From positions 2,944,001 to 3,008,000 of the forward strand of contig OY760505.1 of assembly GCA_963663545.1 (NCBI GenBank): a DNA stretch of 64,000 nucleotides, read 5' to 3'. A program made the position numbers and the translations under genes. The stretch comes from Candidatus Delongbacteria bacterium. Lineage in GTDB: Bacteria > CAIWAD01. This document shows, one piece after another, positions 30,082 to 38,893 of the stretch. The notes under the pieces were generated by a model. That model saw only the letters and a list, made by a program, of their open reading frames with translations, searched no databases and had not been told where the DNA came from. The stretch's first letter is position 1. The number at the start of each line of letters is the position of its first letter.

Positions 30082-31695
30082 TTATTGCGAAATTTCCGTG
30101 TCACGTTTGATCAGACGCCAGGCGATCCAGGTCTGTAGGCAGGACAGCAGCAGAAACCAGACTGTCCAGAGTGGAACTCCCAGCGCGCTCGGCGAAGAAG
30201 CTGACCAATTCCAGAAATCGTGAGCCAGTAGAAAGAGGAGTCCCAGTTGCCACCATTCGGGCGCGATGCGTGGCAGGCTGATGCGCAGTTTGCCGTTGCG
30301 GTACTCCAGCGCCAGGTGACACATGAGGTAGAGAAGGGTGCTCGCCGCTGTGATCCAGACAACGGGAAGAACGGGGCCGGGCTGCAACAGGTGAAAGTGA
30401 AAGAGCAGCAGCAGACCTTCACCGGTTAGCAAACTGAGAATGGCTGCCAAGGGATAAACTCGCGGGAAATACAGGCCGAAAGCGACGATTGGAAATAGGA
30501 CGGCCAGACCACTGAAGGTCTGGGTCGCGATGGCAAGAATGGTATCGGACGGATGGAGAGCCAGTGCCAGACCCGCAAAGGCCAATAGTGCGGCGGCCAC
30601 GCGCCCGGTAGCGCCCCTGTTGCGCCATTTGCTCTTCGCAGGGAGCAGGTCGCGGGAAAAGATAGATCCTAGTGTCAGCAGCTGGCTATCCATGGTGGAC
30701 ATCAGCGCTGCCAGGCCAGCGGCCACCACAAGTGCGGCCATTGTATCACCGCCGAGACTGTTCATCAACATGGGAAGGATGCTGTCCGCCTCTTTGCCGC
30801 TGAGGGCGGGAAATTGCAAACGTCCCAGTACACCAATGCAGACGGGCAGGAGAAAGACCAGTGAGCAGATCAGCGGGTAAAGCAGCATGGTGCGGGCAAT
30901 GCCACGCTCGGAGCGTGCTGCGTAGAAGCGCTGGAACAATTGCGGAAACATCGGATCACAGAGGAACCACAGCAATAGGTAGCTGAACCAGATCCCCAGG
31001 GTATAGCGTCCACTACCGCCCGGCCTGGAGAACAGCTCCGGGAAATTGGCATGGATCTCAGCAGCAGCGTGAGACGGCCCACCGTTGTGTATCACAATCA
31101 TCACGAGTGATGCGATCAGCAACAGCAGCATCAGAACGCCTTGCATGAGATCGGTCCAAGCCACCGCGCGCAGACCGCCGCGCAGTGTATAAAGCAGAAT
31201 CAGTACCGTGACCGACGTGGCTCCCCAGGTGTAGGGTAAACCCAGTAGCTCCTGTAGTGCGTACCCCGCCGCCATCGGCTGCAAGGCCAGATAGGGAAGT
31301 GTGAACAGCACCATTACCACTGCAAACAGGCGTGTCAAAAGTGGACTGTGATACAAGACGGAAATCAACTCCGGTGGTGTAATCAGCTGGTGTTCCTGTC
31401 CGAGTTTCCAGATGCGTCGTCCAAGCAGCCAGAAAGAGAGCGCCATGAAGCCGGTGCCGAAACCCATGATGGGGTAAAAGGCAAATCCGTCTCGATAGCC
31501 TGCGCCCGAGCAGCCAAAGACGGTGAAAGCCGAGAAGTTCGTGGCGAGCATGGTTCCTGCCAGCACGAGCGTGCCAAGCCCGCGATCCGCCAGGAAGTAA
31601 TTGGCTGGACTGCTGTTCCAGCGTGTGCGCGTAAACCAACCGATTAGCAATAGGACAAGGGCATAAGCGGCAAGAATCAGAATGCGAGTGCTCAC
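30082..31695 (-). CDS. sodium:solute symporter (SSS) with fused C-terminal DUF3311-like module
   Basis: YFLA.R.LG, FSAFT..G, GGLRAVAWTD and AALMST.DS motifs; tail HDFWNW...LGVPLW. Confidence 0.88.
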   Translation of the reverse strand: MSTRILILAAYALVLLLIGWFTRTRWNSSPANYFLADRGLGTLVLAGTMLATNFSAFTVFGCSGAGYRDGFAFYPIMGFGTGFMALSFWLLGRRIWKLGQEHQLITPPELISVLYHSPLLTRLFAVVMVLFTLPYLALQPMAAGYALQELLGLPYTWGATSVTVLILLYTLRGGLRAVAWTDLMQGVLMLLLLIASLVMIVIHNGGPSHAAAEIHANFPELFSRPGGSGRYTLGIWFSYLLLWFLCDPMFPQLFQRFYAARSERGIARTMLLYPLICSLVFLLPVCIGVLGRLQFPALSGKEADSILPMLMNSLGGDTMAALVVAAGLAALMSTMDSQLLTLGSIFSRDLLPAKSKWRNRGATGRVAAALLAFAGLALALHPSDTILAIATQTFSGLAVLFPIVAFGLYFPRVYPLAAILSLLTGEGLLLLFHFHLLQPGPVLPVVWITAASTLLYLMCHLALEYRNGKLRISLPRIAPEWWQLGLLFLLAHDFWNWSASSPSALGVPLWTVWFLLLSCLQTWIAWRLIKRDTEISQ

Positions 31696-31727
31696 GGCTT
31701 ACCTGGACCTTCATTTGTAGCACAGAG

Positions 31728-31753
31728 AAAAAAGAGCCCCGCTGGGCGGGGCT
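31728..31753 (-). terminator. terminator after the protease gene
   Basis: minus strand AGCCCCGC-cca-GCGGGGCT followed by CTTTTTT. Confidence 0.75.
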
Positions 31754-31774
31754 GTAATCATGGGCAAGATAGTG

Positions 31775-34225
31775 TCATTCTGCACTAAGACTGACAACTC
31801 GGTAGAGATGCACGCCTTCCTGCTGTCGCACCACCCATTCACAGGCTTCTGTTTCTGCCAAGGGCAACCAATCGCCGCCCATGTTGTAGCACACATCAAT
31901 TCGGTAGGAGCTCGCACTCTGTGCCGCACCCCAGCTCAGAAGCACCGTGCCATTGCGTTGTGGTGTAAGGAGTAGATCCTCTACCGGTTGCACTTGCGCA
32001 CCAAGCGGCGCGCCGTCAATCAACAGATCGTCGATATACCAGCCTTCATCGGCCGTATTCGCGTCGCTGCCAAAGCGGAAGCGGAACTGAACGAGCTGTC
32101 CGTCCCACTCGCTCAGATCCACACTCGACTCCTGCCAGGACGTGGTCCCGGACCAGCAGGCGGTGCCTCCATCAAAGGGCCCGGTGTTCGTGCCGCGGAT
32201 GCCGTGAGTGTAGGCGCCCACGTCCGGGAAGAGCTGCTGCCAAACGCCTTCTGCATCACGCAACTCCAGTAGGCCACCATCGTAGGCGCTATCGGCGTAC
32301 ATGCCGCTCGCTTCTGCTTCCATTCGGTGCTGGAAATGCAGGCGGCAATTCTCGCTCAAGAGGTACTCCGGACTCAGCAGAAGCGCATCCAGATTGCTCG
32401 CGTAGTTGCCTGTTGTTGTAGATCCACACTTGAAGGCGTGATCCGGGCTAGCGGATTCCTCGGTGGAGAGATGCCAGTTGTCGCCCCAGCCTTCGGCGGC
32501 TTCGTGAGTCCACGCTGATGTATCACCTTCCAGATCCTCTGTGTACAGCGTGACACGTCCGATGGAGAATTCCGCGGAAACGGCACATTCCATGTCTCCA
32601 TCGCTCAAGGTGAGCAACAGATCGGTATCCAGTACAGACGGCCCATCGCCGGAAAGGCTCAACTCGAACTCTGTGTTGCACCAGGCAACATCATCAACGG
32701 GAATACTTGACCAATTGCTGTTCGCCTGTGTCACCGTGATCCATTCATTTGAGCAACTGAGTACACCCGTGACTCCGCTCAGGTCTTCGTTTCCATTGTT
32801 GATCAGGCGAAAGGCCAGTTGTATGGTCTCGCCGGGTTCTGCAAGACCATCACCGTCTGTATCACCGCGAAGCTCCATCTCGTCAAGACCCAGGCGCAGA
32901 CCGCTACCGGGGTTCCATCCGTCCAGATTCAGCGGGTCGGTGCCGAGAGGATCCAGCCAGTCGTTCAGACGCGAAGAGGAGCTGCTGCCGTAATCCCATG
33001 ACATGGCAAATTTGCCGTACCAGTCCGCCGAGTTGTTGCCGCAGGCCGCGTAACCGCCGTGAAGCTGGCCAATGACGCGGTGTTGCGGATCATAAAGCGG
33101 ACTGCCCGAGCTGCCGCCTTCGGTAGTGCCCTCATCCCAATCGCTGACTTTCCAGTGACTGGCGGTCACGCCGGAATTCCCCAGATAGCGATCGCTGATC
33201 ACCGCTTGGTTTTCGACGCTGATTTTCTTGATGTCGCCCGATGGGTGATGAATGCCGACGGCGCTTTCGGCGGCCACGTCTTCGCGATTCCATCCCGCAT
33301 AATACACTTCATAGTCGTCGGGAATTTCTTCTGTCAGCTCCAGCAGCGCAAAATCGCTGGCAGTGTTTGTCGCACGCAGAATGGCTCCCTGCACGGTGTC
33401 GGTTGTGGGACCGTTGCTGTTGGTGCAGAAGGGACTCTGGTAGTTGAACATGAAGATCCAGCTTGTCTCACCTCCCAGACAGTGGTTGGCTGTCAGGAAA
33501 TACTGCGTGCCGTCTTCCGCCGTGTTGTTAACCAGCGCTCCCGTGCAGATGCGCCAGCCGCCGCTGGTGAGAATCATTGCCACGCTGCGGATCTCATCGC
33601 GCCAGTCATCGCCCTGCGTGCAGGCCACGTTGATGTTGCAGCTTCCGCTTTCGCCGTAATCGCGCAGCGCCTCTGCGCCAAACAGATTGCGGTAGGCGTG
33701 TATCACGCGCTTGATGCGGAACTGTCCCGGATAAGGCAGACCTGCGGGCTCGTGATACTCCAGCGTAATGGCATCACCAGCCACCGGCTGTGTGGCAAAG
33801 CCGCCGTCGACCTTGTTGTTGCTATCGGTGAAGGCGCCAATGACCATCGAGTAATCGTCGTTGTAGAGGAAGAGCTCTCCGCCCACTGGCAGCAGAAAAT
33901 CCTCGTACACCAGATTCAACGACCAGGCACCGGGGCTGTGGAAGCGAAGTCGCCAAAGCGTACTACCATCAGACAGCGTTTCACGAATTCCACTTGTTTG
34001 CATCTCGAGATTGACCTCGGTGGGCCAGCCGAAACGCGCTGGCTCGTCTTTGGGCGCAAGAGCGTCCTCGGCAAGCAGTGTGCTCACGTCTACCGTTGGT
34101 AGCTCAACCGTAGGTGGCTGATTGCGTAGTGTCAGCAGCCGACTGGGAGGAGTACCGCCGCTACCGACCTGTGCAAAGAGTGAACCCGCGCCAAGGCTCA
34201 GCGCGAGCAAGAATCTGAAAAACAT
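31775..34225 (-). CDS. secreted lysyl-endopeptidase-like (S1) serine protease with accessory C-terminal domains
   Basis: CTGALVNNT, LTANHC, DFALL and TEGGSSGSPL catalytic triad; later MAM/immune-inhibitor-like GWYIDD domain. Confidence 0.88.
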   Translation of the reverse strand: MFFRFLLALSLGAGSLFAQVGSGGTPPSRLLTLRNQPPTVELPTVDVSTLLAEDALAPKDEPARFGWPTEVNLEMQTSGIRETLSDGSTLWRLRFHSPGAWSLNLVYEDFLLPVGGELFLYNDDYSMVIGAFTDSNNKVDGGFATQPVAGDAITLEYHEPAGLPYPGQFRIKRVIHAYRNLFGAEALRDYGESGSCNINVACTQGDDWRDEIRSVAMILTSGGWRICTGALVNNTAEDGTQYFLTANHCLGGETSWIFMFNYQSPFCTNSNGPTTDTVQGAILRATNTASDFALLELTEEIPDDYEVYYAGWNREDVAAESAVGIHHPSGDIKKISVENQAVISDRYLGNSGVTASHWKVSDWDEGTTEGGSSGSPLYDPQHRVIGQLHGGYAACGNNSADWYGKFAMSWDYGSSSSSRLNDWLDPLGTDPLNLDGWNPGSGLRLGLDEMELRGDTDGDGLAEPGETIQLAFRLINNGNEDLSGVTGVLSCSNEWITVTQANSNWSSIPVDDVAWCNTEFELSLSGDGPSVLDTDLLLTLSDGDMECAVSAEFSIGRVTLYTEDLEGDTSAWTHEAAEGWGDNWHLSTEESASPDHAFKCGSTTTGNYASNLDALLLSPEYLLSENCRLHFQHRMEAEASGMYADSAYDGGLLELRDAEGVWQQLFPDVGAYTHGIRGTNTGPFDGGTACWSGTTSWQESSVDLSEWDGQLVQFRFRFGSDANTADEGWYIDDLLIDGAPLGAQVQPVEDLLLTPQRNGTVLLSWGAAQSASSYRIDVCYNMGGDWLPLAETEACEWVVRQQEGVHLYRVVSLSAE

Positions 34226-34398
34226 GGCTCTATCCTTCTTTGATTCGCAGCGCTCAGAGTGTAGAGCCTGCAGAGGGGAACTGCAAACACGTCATGAAAA
34301 AGAATGGCGTTGTGTGATCGGATGCAATCATGGAAGGACGGGAAGAGAAAGACCGGCGTCTGCCGATCTGCGGTCTGTGCTCGCGCGGGATCGTCACT

Positions 34399-34584
34399 TC
34401 AGACGTGCCCGCGTAGCATGGGGCTGGCGAGCGTTCTTGCATTCGCAAAAGGCAGTCGGCAGTGATCCTCCTGTTGGCGGGATTCTCTGTTCAATGCCCC
34501 GCCATCCACGGTGTCACACGCGCTCAGACTTCCGCCTAGTACAGTGGCCATTTCCAGGGCGGAGTGTCGGTTTAGTTTTCCCAT
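34399..34584 (-). CDS. putative small peptide (61 aa) with double-glycine-like leader MGKLNRHSALEMATVLGG
   Basis: AGGGGGA RBS; sigma-54-type promoter about 36 nt upstream. Confidence 0.45.
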   Translation of the reverse strand: MGKLNRHSALEMATVLGGSLSACDTVDGGALNRESRQQEDHCRLPFANARTLASPMLRGHV

Positions 34585-34619
34585 AGATCCCCCTGTGGTT
34601 CGGTTCACACTTCATCAAC

Positions 34620-34634
34620 GCAAGCGGTGTGCCT
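34620..34634 (-). promoter_or_regulatory. sigma-54 promoter
   Basis: minus strand AGGCAC-ACCGC-TTGC with an AT-rich tract upstream. Confidence 0.55.
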
Positions 34635-34767
34635 ATTGTAAGTAGAATAATATCAATGATAGGGGTGTGCGTTAACACCCATTCTGGTTGATATCCACAG
34701 CTCTGGCGCTGGTGAAATCACCCCGCATCTGTGCGTCTTGATGCGATGAGGCCGAGACCGGGAAAAC

Positions 34768-34803
34768 TGAAAACCCCGTCGGTGGTGCCGCGCGGGGTTT
34801 CAG
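34768..34803 (-). terminator. terminator after the pentapeptide-repeat gene
   Basis: CTGAAA(A)CCCCG...CGGGGTTTCAG hairpin with a T-tail on the minus strand; second hairpin GGGCAGC...GCTGCCC at 34817-34839. Confidence 0.6.
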
Positions 34804-34848
34804 CAATCGGAAGAGGGGGCAGCCTGGGGGAAGCTGCCCTACTCTGGG

Positions 34849-35889
34849 CTATTTCAGAAGAGTCAAACGAATTACCTGGCTATGATTGCCCTGACGCAGT
34901 TGCGCAAAGTAGACGCCGCTGGGCAGATCAGAAGCGTTGAAGAGAAGCTCGTGGCTGCCGGACGTCTGCATCTCGTTGGCAAGCACGGCTACCTGTGCAC
35001 CGGAAAGATCGTGGATGGTCAGTTGCGTGATACCTGTCTCGGCCAGTACATATTCTATGCGAGCGCTGGGATTGAAGGGGTTGGGGTAAGCGCCACCAAG
35101 GTGGAAGCTGTCCGCTGTTTCTTCAGCCCCTGCTGTGGAACCTGCCAGCAGCATACCTTCGTCATCATAGCTGAACCAGGAGGGGAAATTGGAATCGATA
35201 CTGTAAGTGGCACCGCTAAAATCAGAGCCTCCATAGCCCATGTTGAGGAAACTGGCGCCTTGGAAGTTGGCTTCGCGGAAGTCGCTTTGCGACGCGTCAC
35301 CATTGCTGATGTTGGCGTTCTGGAAATTGGCCCAGCGGAAGTTGGCGCCAGAGAGCGCCGTAGAATAGACCGTCAATCCAGGAGCCTGCAGATCGTGTGC
35401 GTCGCAGCCGGCCAAAGATAGATCGTGAATGAGGGCGTTGCTGAAGTCGGCACCGCTAATGTTGACACCTACCAGGCTGATGCTGTTCCAGGTACTGCCC
35501 GCAGCGCTGATCCCGGCCAGGTTTGCACCGCTAAGGTTGCCCCAGCGGACAGTGGCACCGGTGAAAGTGGCACCCGCCGCCTGCAGGTTCACCATGCTGT
35601 TGCTTTCAAGGATAGCGCCTGTCAGGGAGGCGCCCTCCATGACAACGTTGAAGAAACTGTTCCAGCGTATCAGACTGTTATCCAGCTTTGCATGAGACAA
35701 ATCGTTGCCCATGAATCCGATCGATTGGATCGTCTGGTTGCTCAAGTCTGCATAGCTCAAATCCAGGCCCAATGCCGCCGCGGTGCTAAGCCCAAGAGAT
35801 GTAATGACTTCGCCGTTGTCCCAGCGCACAATTGTGGCCCAGCTTGCAGTGCTGATGCCGAGTATAAAGATCAAGAACAGCCGTTTCAT
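34849..35889 (-). CDS. secreted pentapeptide-repeat protein with T9SS-type C-terminal domain
   Basis: signal peptide; A(D/N)(L/F)xx repeats; AYPNPFNP...LPSGVYF...LLK; GGAGG RBS. Confidence 0.85.
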   Translation of the reverse strand: MKRLFLIFILGISTASWATIVRWDNGEVITSLGLSTAAALGLDLSYADLSNQTIQSIGFMGNDLSHAKLDNSLIRWNSFFNVVMEGASLTGAILESNSMVNLQAAGATFTGATVRWGNLSGANLAGISAAGSTWNSISLVGVNISGADFSNALIHDLSLAGCDAHDLQAPGLTVYSTALSGANFRWANFQNANISNGDASQSDFREANFQGASFLNMGYGGSDFSGATYSIDSNFPSWFSYDDEGMLLAGSTAGAEETADSFHLGGAYPNPFNPSARIEYVLAETGITQLTIHDLSGAQVAVLANEMQTSGSHELLFNASDLPSGVYFAQLRQGNHSQVIRLTLLK

Positions 35890-35924
35890 CGTGAACCTCC
35901 GAATAATTTCACACTAGCATGTAG

Positions 35925-35939
35925 GCAAAGGCTGTGCCT
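35925..35939 (-). promoter_or_regulatory. sigma-54 promoter of the pentapeptide-repeat gene
   Basis: minus strand AGGCAC-AGCCT-TTGC, about 36 nt before the ATG. Confidence 0.6.
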
Positions 35940-36147
35940 GAATATTGCGGTGCTAACATATTGATAAATTTATCTATACTGCTTTCAGATGCTGGTGCGA
36001 AGAAGCCCAATCGGCGCTTGTGAACAATGATGGTTGATATGAGCCAGATGAACCGTGTCGGAGAAAAATTTTCACCTGTACCCATTTTTCCCGCAGATGG
36101 CTTATAACCTTTTGTTATCCTGAATTCACAAGTTCCAGGGGGTGTTT

Positions 36148-36561
36148 ATGCAATCCGTATATCGCGAAAACTGGCTGCGATGCCCTGCGTGTCGCAACCA
36201 GTACACCATTGGACCTCCGCTTCGTGATCCTGCTGGCTTTGAACTTGTTTGCCCATGTTGCGGAATCTCTTCCTCGGCCCTTGACCTGTTCAATACCTCC
36301 ATGCTGGAGGAGCTGGAGCTGGTCGAGGCCGTTCTCAAGCTTCGTGGAGTCGTGATGCGCTTAAGCGGTGTGGATCTGCTGAGCGACGGGGATTCCACCG
36401 AGGCCGAAGACGACCTAATCTGGAGTGCCGACTGTCGTACCTGCGATACATCGGTACAGGCCAGTGATGACATTCAGTACTGTCCGCTTTGTGGAAACAC
36501 CATTAGCGGGCTGCGGCAGTGGTTTCACGAGGGTGGACACAACGCCAGCGCAAGCTCCTGA
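36148..36561 (+). CDS. hypothetical double zinc-ribbon protein
   Basis: CPAC, CPCC, CRTC and CPLC pairs; AGGGGG RBS. Confidence 0.6.
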   Translation: MQSVYRENWLRCPACRNQYTIGPPLRDPAGFELVCPCCGISSSALDLFNTSMLEELELVEAVLKLRGVVMRLSGVDLLSDGDSTEAEDDLIWSADCRTCDTSVQASDDIQYCPLCGNTISGLRQWFHEGGHNASASS

Positions 36562-36677
36562 TTCGTCTATTTTTTGTGACACAGCGCAAGCCAGTTCCTG
36601 CGTCAGGGCCCCTCAACGCAATGGAGCAACGGCTTCTTGCTACCTTCTACCTGTAAGCTGACAGGAAGGAGCAAGAT

Positions 36678-37265
36678 GTGAGCGATCCCACTCCGTCTGA
36701 TTTTGCCGAGAAGGATGATCACCTTGTTGAACAGAGGGTGGCCGGCGAGTGTGTGTATCACGGCCGGTTACTGAAGGTTCACGTGGATCAGGTTCGTCTA
36801 CCAAACGGGCGGCACAGTACCCGTGAATGGTTGCGTCATCCGGGCGCCGTCTTCATTCTTGCACTGACGCATAATCGCGAGCTGTTGATGGTGCGTCAGT
36901 ATCGCTATCCAGTGGGCCAGGTGTTGTTGGAGCTGCCAGCGGGCAAGCTCGATCCCGGTGAAGATCCTGCCGCGTGTGCTGTGCGGGAGCTGGAGGAAGA
37001 GACTGGCTGGCGCGCCTCGCGTATCACACGTATTCAAACAATTCTACCCTGTGTCGGCTATTCGGATGAAGAATTGCACTTCTTCGTTGCTGAAGAGCTG
37101 CAACCAGGACCTCCGCGTCCGGATGAGGATGAATTCATCGATTGTATCACGGTGCCGCTTGCTCATGCTTACCAGATGTTGATGAAAGGTGAGTTCTGTG
37201 ACTCAAAATCGGCTTTCGCCATTGCGTGGCTGTTCGCCCGCGAAGGGCGTCCGGAGGGTGTGTGA
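36678..37265 (+). CDS. NUDIX hydrolase (ADP-ribose pyrophosphatase-like)
   Basis: Nudix box GKLDPGE....CAVRELEEETG; RQYRYP. Confidence 0.9.
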   Translation: MSDPTPSDFAEKDDHLVEQRVAGECVYHGRLLKVHVDQVRLPNGRHSTREWLRHPGAVFILALTHNRELLMVRQYRYPVGQVLLELPAGKLDPGEDPAACAVRELEEETGWRASRITRIQTILPCVGYSDEELHFFVAEELQPGPPRPDEDEFIDCITVPLAHAYQMLMKGEFCDSKSAFAIAWLFAREGRPEGV

Positions 37266-38893
37266 GCCAATACCGCTGGCAGATTGCTGACAGGGATGTT
37301 TCGCGGCCGCTGCTGACTAGGCTTCGCGAATCGCGTGGTATCAGTGAGGACGGTCCGCATCTGGTTCACGATCCCACGTTGATGTGTGACATGGAGCTTG
37401 CTGTATCACGTATCAAGAAGGCGCTATCCGCAAGAGAGCGCATCTTTCTCTTTGGCGACTACGACGCCGACGGTGTGACGGCGACCGCGCTGATAGCAAG
37501 CTGGCTGCGCAGCGTGCGTCATCCGCTGACCCCGCGTCTACCACACCGCTTGCACGATGGTTATGGCTTGCAGCCGAAACACGTGGAGGAAGCGCTTGCC
37601 GTCGGGGCCCGTTTGCTGATTACAGTGGACAACGGCATTTCTGCCATTGATGCAGTGGGTTACGCACAGCAGCACAACCTGGATGTGATTATCCTGGATC
37701 ACCATGAGCAGACGGGCGAGTTGCCTCCGGCCTACGCCATACTTGATCCGAAACGCCCCGATTGTGGTTATCCTTTTAAAGGCCTGTGTGCCGTTGGCGT
37801 GGCCTTCAAACTGCTACAGGCCATGCAAGTACCGGACCGAGTGAGCTATCTGGATCTGGTGGCCATTGGCACTATTGCTGACATGGTGCCCCTGCTGGAC
37901 GAAAACCGCATGCTCGTGAGACGCGGTCTGCGTGCTATCGCTGAAACGCAACGACCAGGTCTGCGCGCGCTGATGGAGTTGTGTCGTACAGGTAACGAAG
38001 GTGTGGACAGTCGCTATGTCGGCTGGCAGATTGGACCGCGAATCAACTGTGCTGGCCGTCTGGATCGCGCCGAGCGTGCGCTGGAGTTGCTCTTGTGTGA
38101 CAACGAGCCCGATGCCCGCGTACTTGCCCAAAGCCTGGAGAGCCTGAATCAGCAACGGCAGGCAACACAGCAGAAAGCAGTGCGGGATAGTATGGCCCAG
38201 CTGTCCGAGCATGAGCAGGAGCGTCGTCTGCTAGTAGTACAGGATGAAAGCTGGCATCCCGGCATCATTGGCCTGATTGCGGGACGTTTGTGCAATCAAT
38301 TCCATTTGCCGGCCCTGGCGCTGGCACCGGGTGCAGAGCGCGGTATGTGGCGAGGTAGTGCGCGTAGTCCCGAAGGTTTCGATATCACGGCGGCCATCGG
38401 CGAGCAGCGAGAGTTGTTGCTCGAATTCGGTGGACACAGTCAAGCGGCTGGTCTTAGTGTGCGTGAGGAGAATCTCCCGGCCTTGGTGCGCGGATTGAAC
38501 ACTTCTGTTCAAGCTGGATTGAGCCCGGAGTGGCAGCCCCTCTTGCACATCGACGCCGAGTTGGATCCGGGTAGCATCGAGCTACCACTGCTGCGAGATG
38601 TCGCTTTGCTTGCACCCTTTGGCATGGGCAATCAGCCACCGGTTTTTCTGGTACCCGATTGTCGTGTGACACGCCGCTTCAGTCTTTCACAGGGTAGGCA
38701 TCACAAATATTGGCTGGATTGTGCCGGACGCACACTGGAAGCCGTCTGGTGGGACAGCGGGCGGGCAGGTGCCGATATCGCGTACGGCGATCGAATTGAT
38801 CTGGCGTGTGAGCTGAAACACGATACCTGGAACGGTGCAGATCAGGTGCAGCTGCTCTTGCGTGACACACGAGCCGCCGAAGGGACAGCATGA
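37262..38893 (+). CDS. recJ: ssDNA-specific exonuclease RecJ
   Basis: GDYDADG, TVDNG, DHH, GT.AD, GPRIN..GRL, GSARS, FGGH..AAG and PFG.GN motifs. Confidence 0.93.
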   Translation: MSQYRWQIADRDVSRPLLTRLRESRGISEDGPHLVHDPTLMCDMELAVSRIKKALSARERIFLFGDYDADGVTATALIASWLRSVRHPLTPRLPHRLHDGYGLQPKHVEEALAVGARLLITVDNGISAIDAVGYAQQHNLDVIILDHHEQTGELPPAYAILDPKRPDCGYPFKGLCAVGVAFKLLQAMQVPDRVSYLDLVAIGTIADMVPLLDENRMLVRRGLRAIAETQRPGLRALMELCRTGNEGVDSRYVGWQIGPRINCAGRLDRAERALELLLCDNEPDARVLAQSLESLNQQRQATQQKAVRDSMAQLSEHEQERRLLVVQDESWHPGIIGLIAGRLCNQFHLPALALAPGAERGMWRGSARSPEGFDITAAIGEQRELLLEFGGHSQAAGLSVREENLPALVRGLNTSVQAGLSPEWQPLLHIDAELDPGSIELPLLRDVALLAPFGMGNQPPVFLVPDCRVTRRFSLSQGRHHKYWLDCAGRTLEAVWWDSGRAGADIAYGDRIDLACELKHDTWNGADQVQLLLRDTRAAEGTA

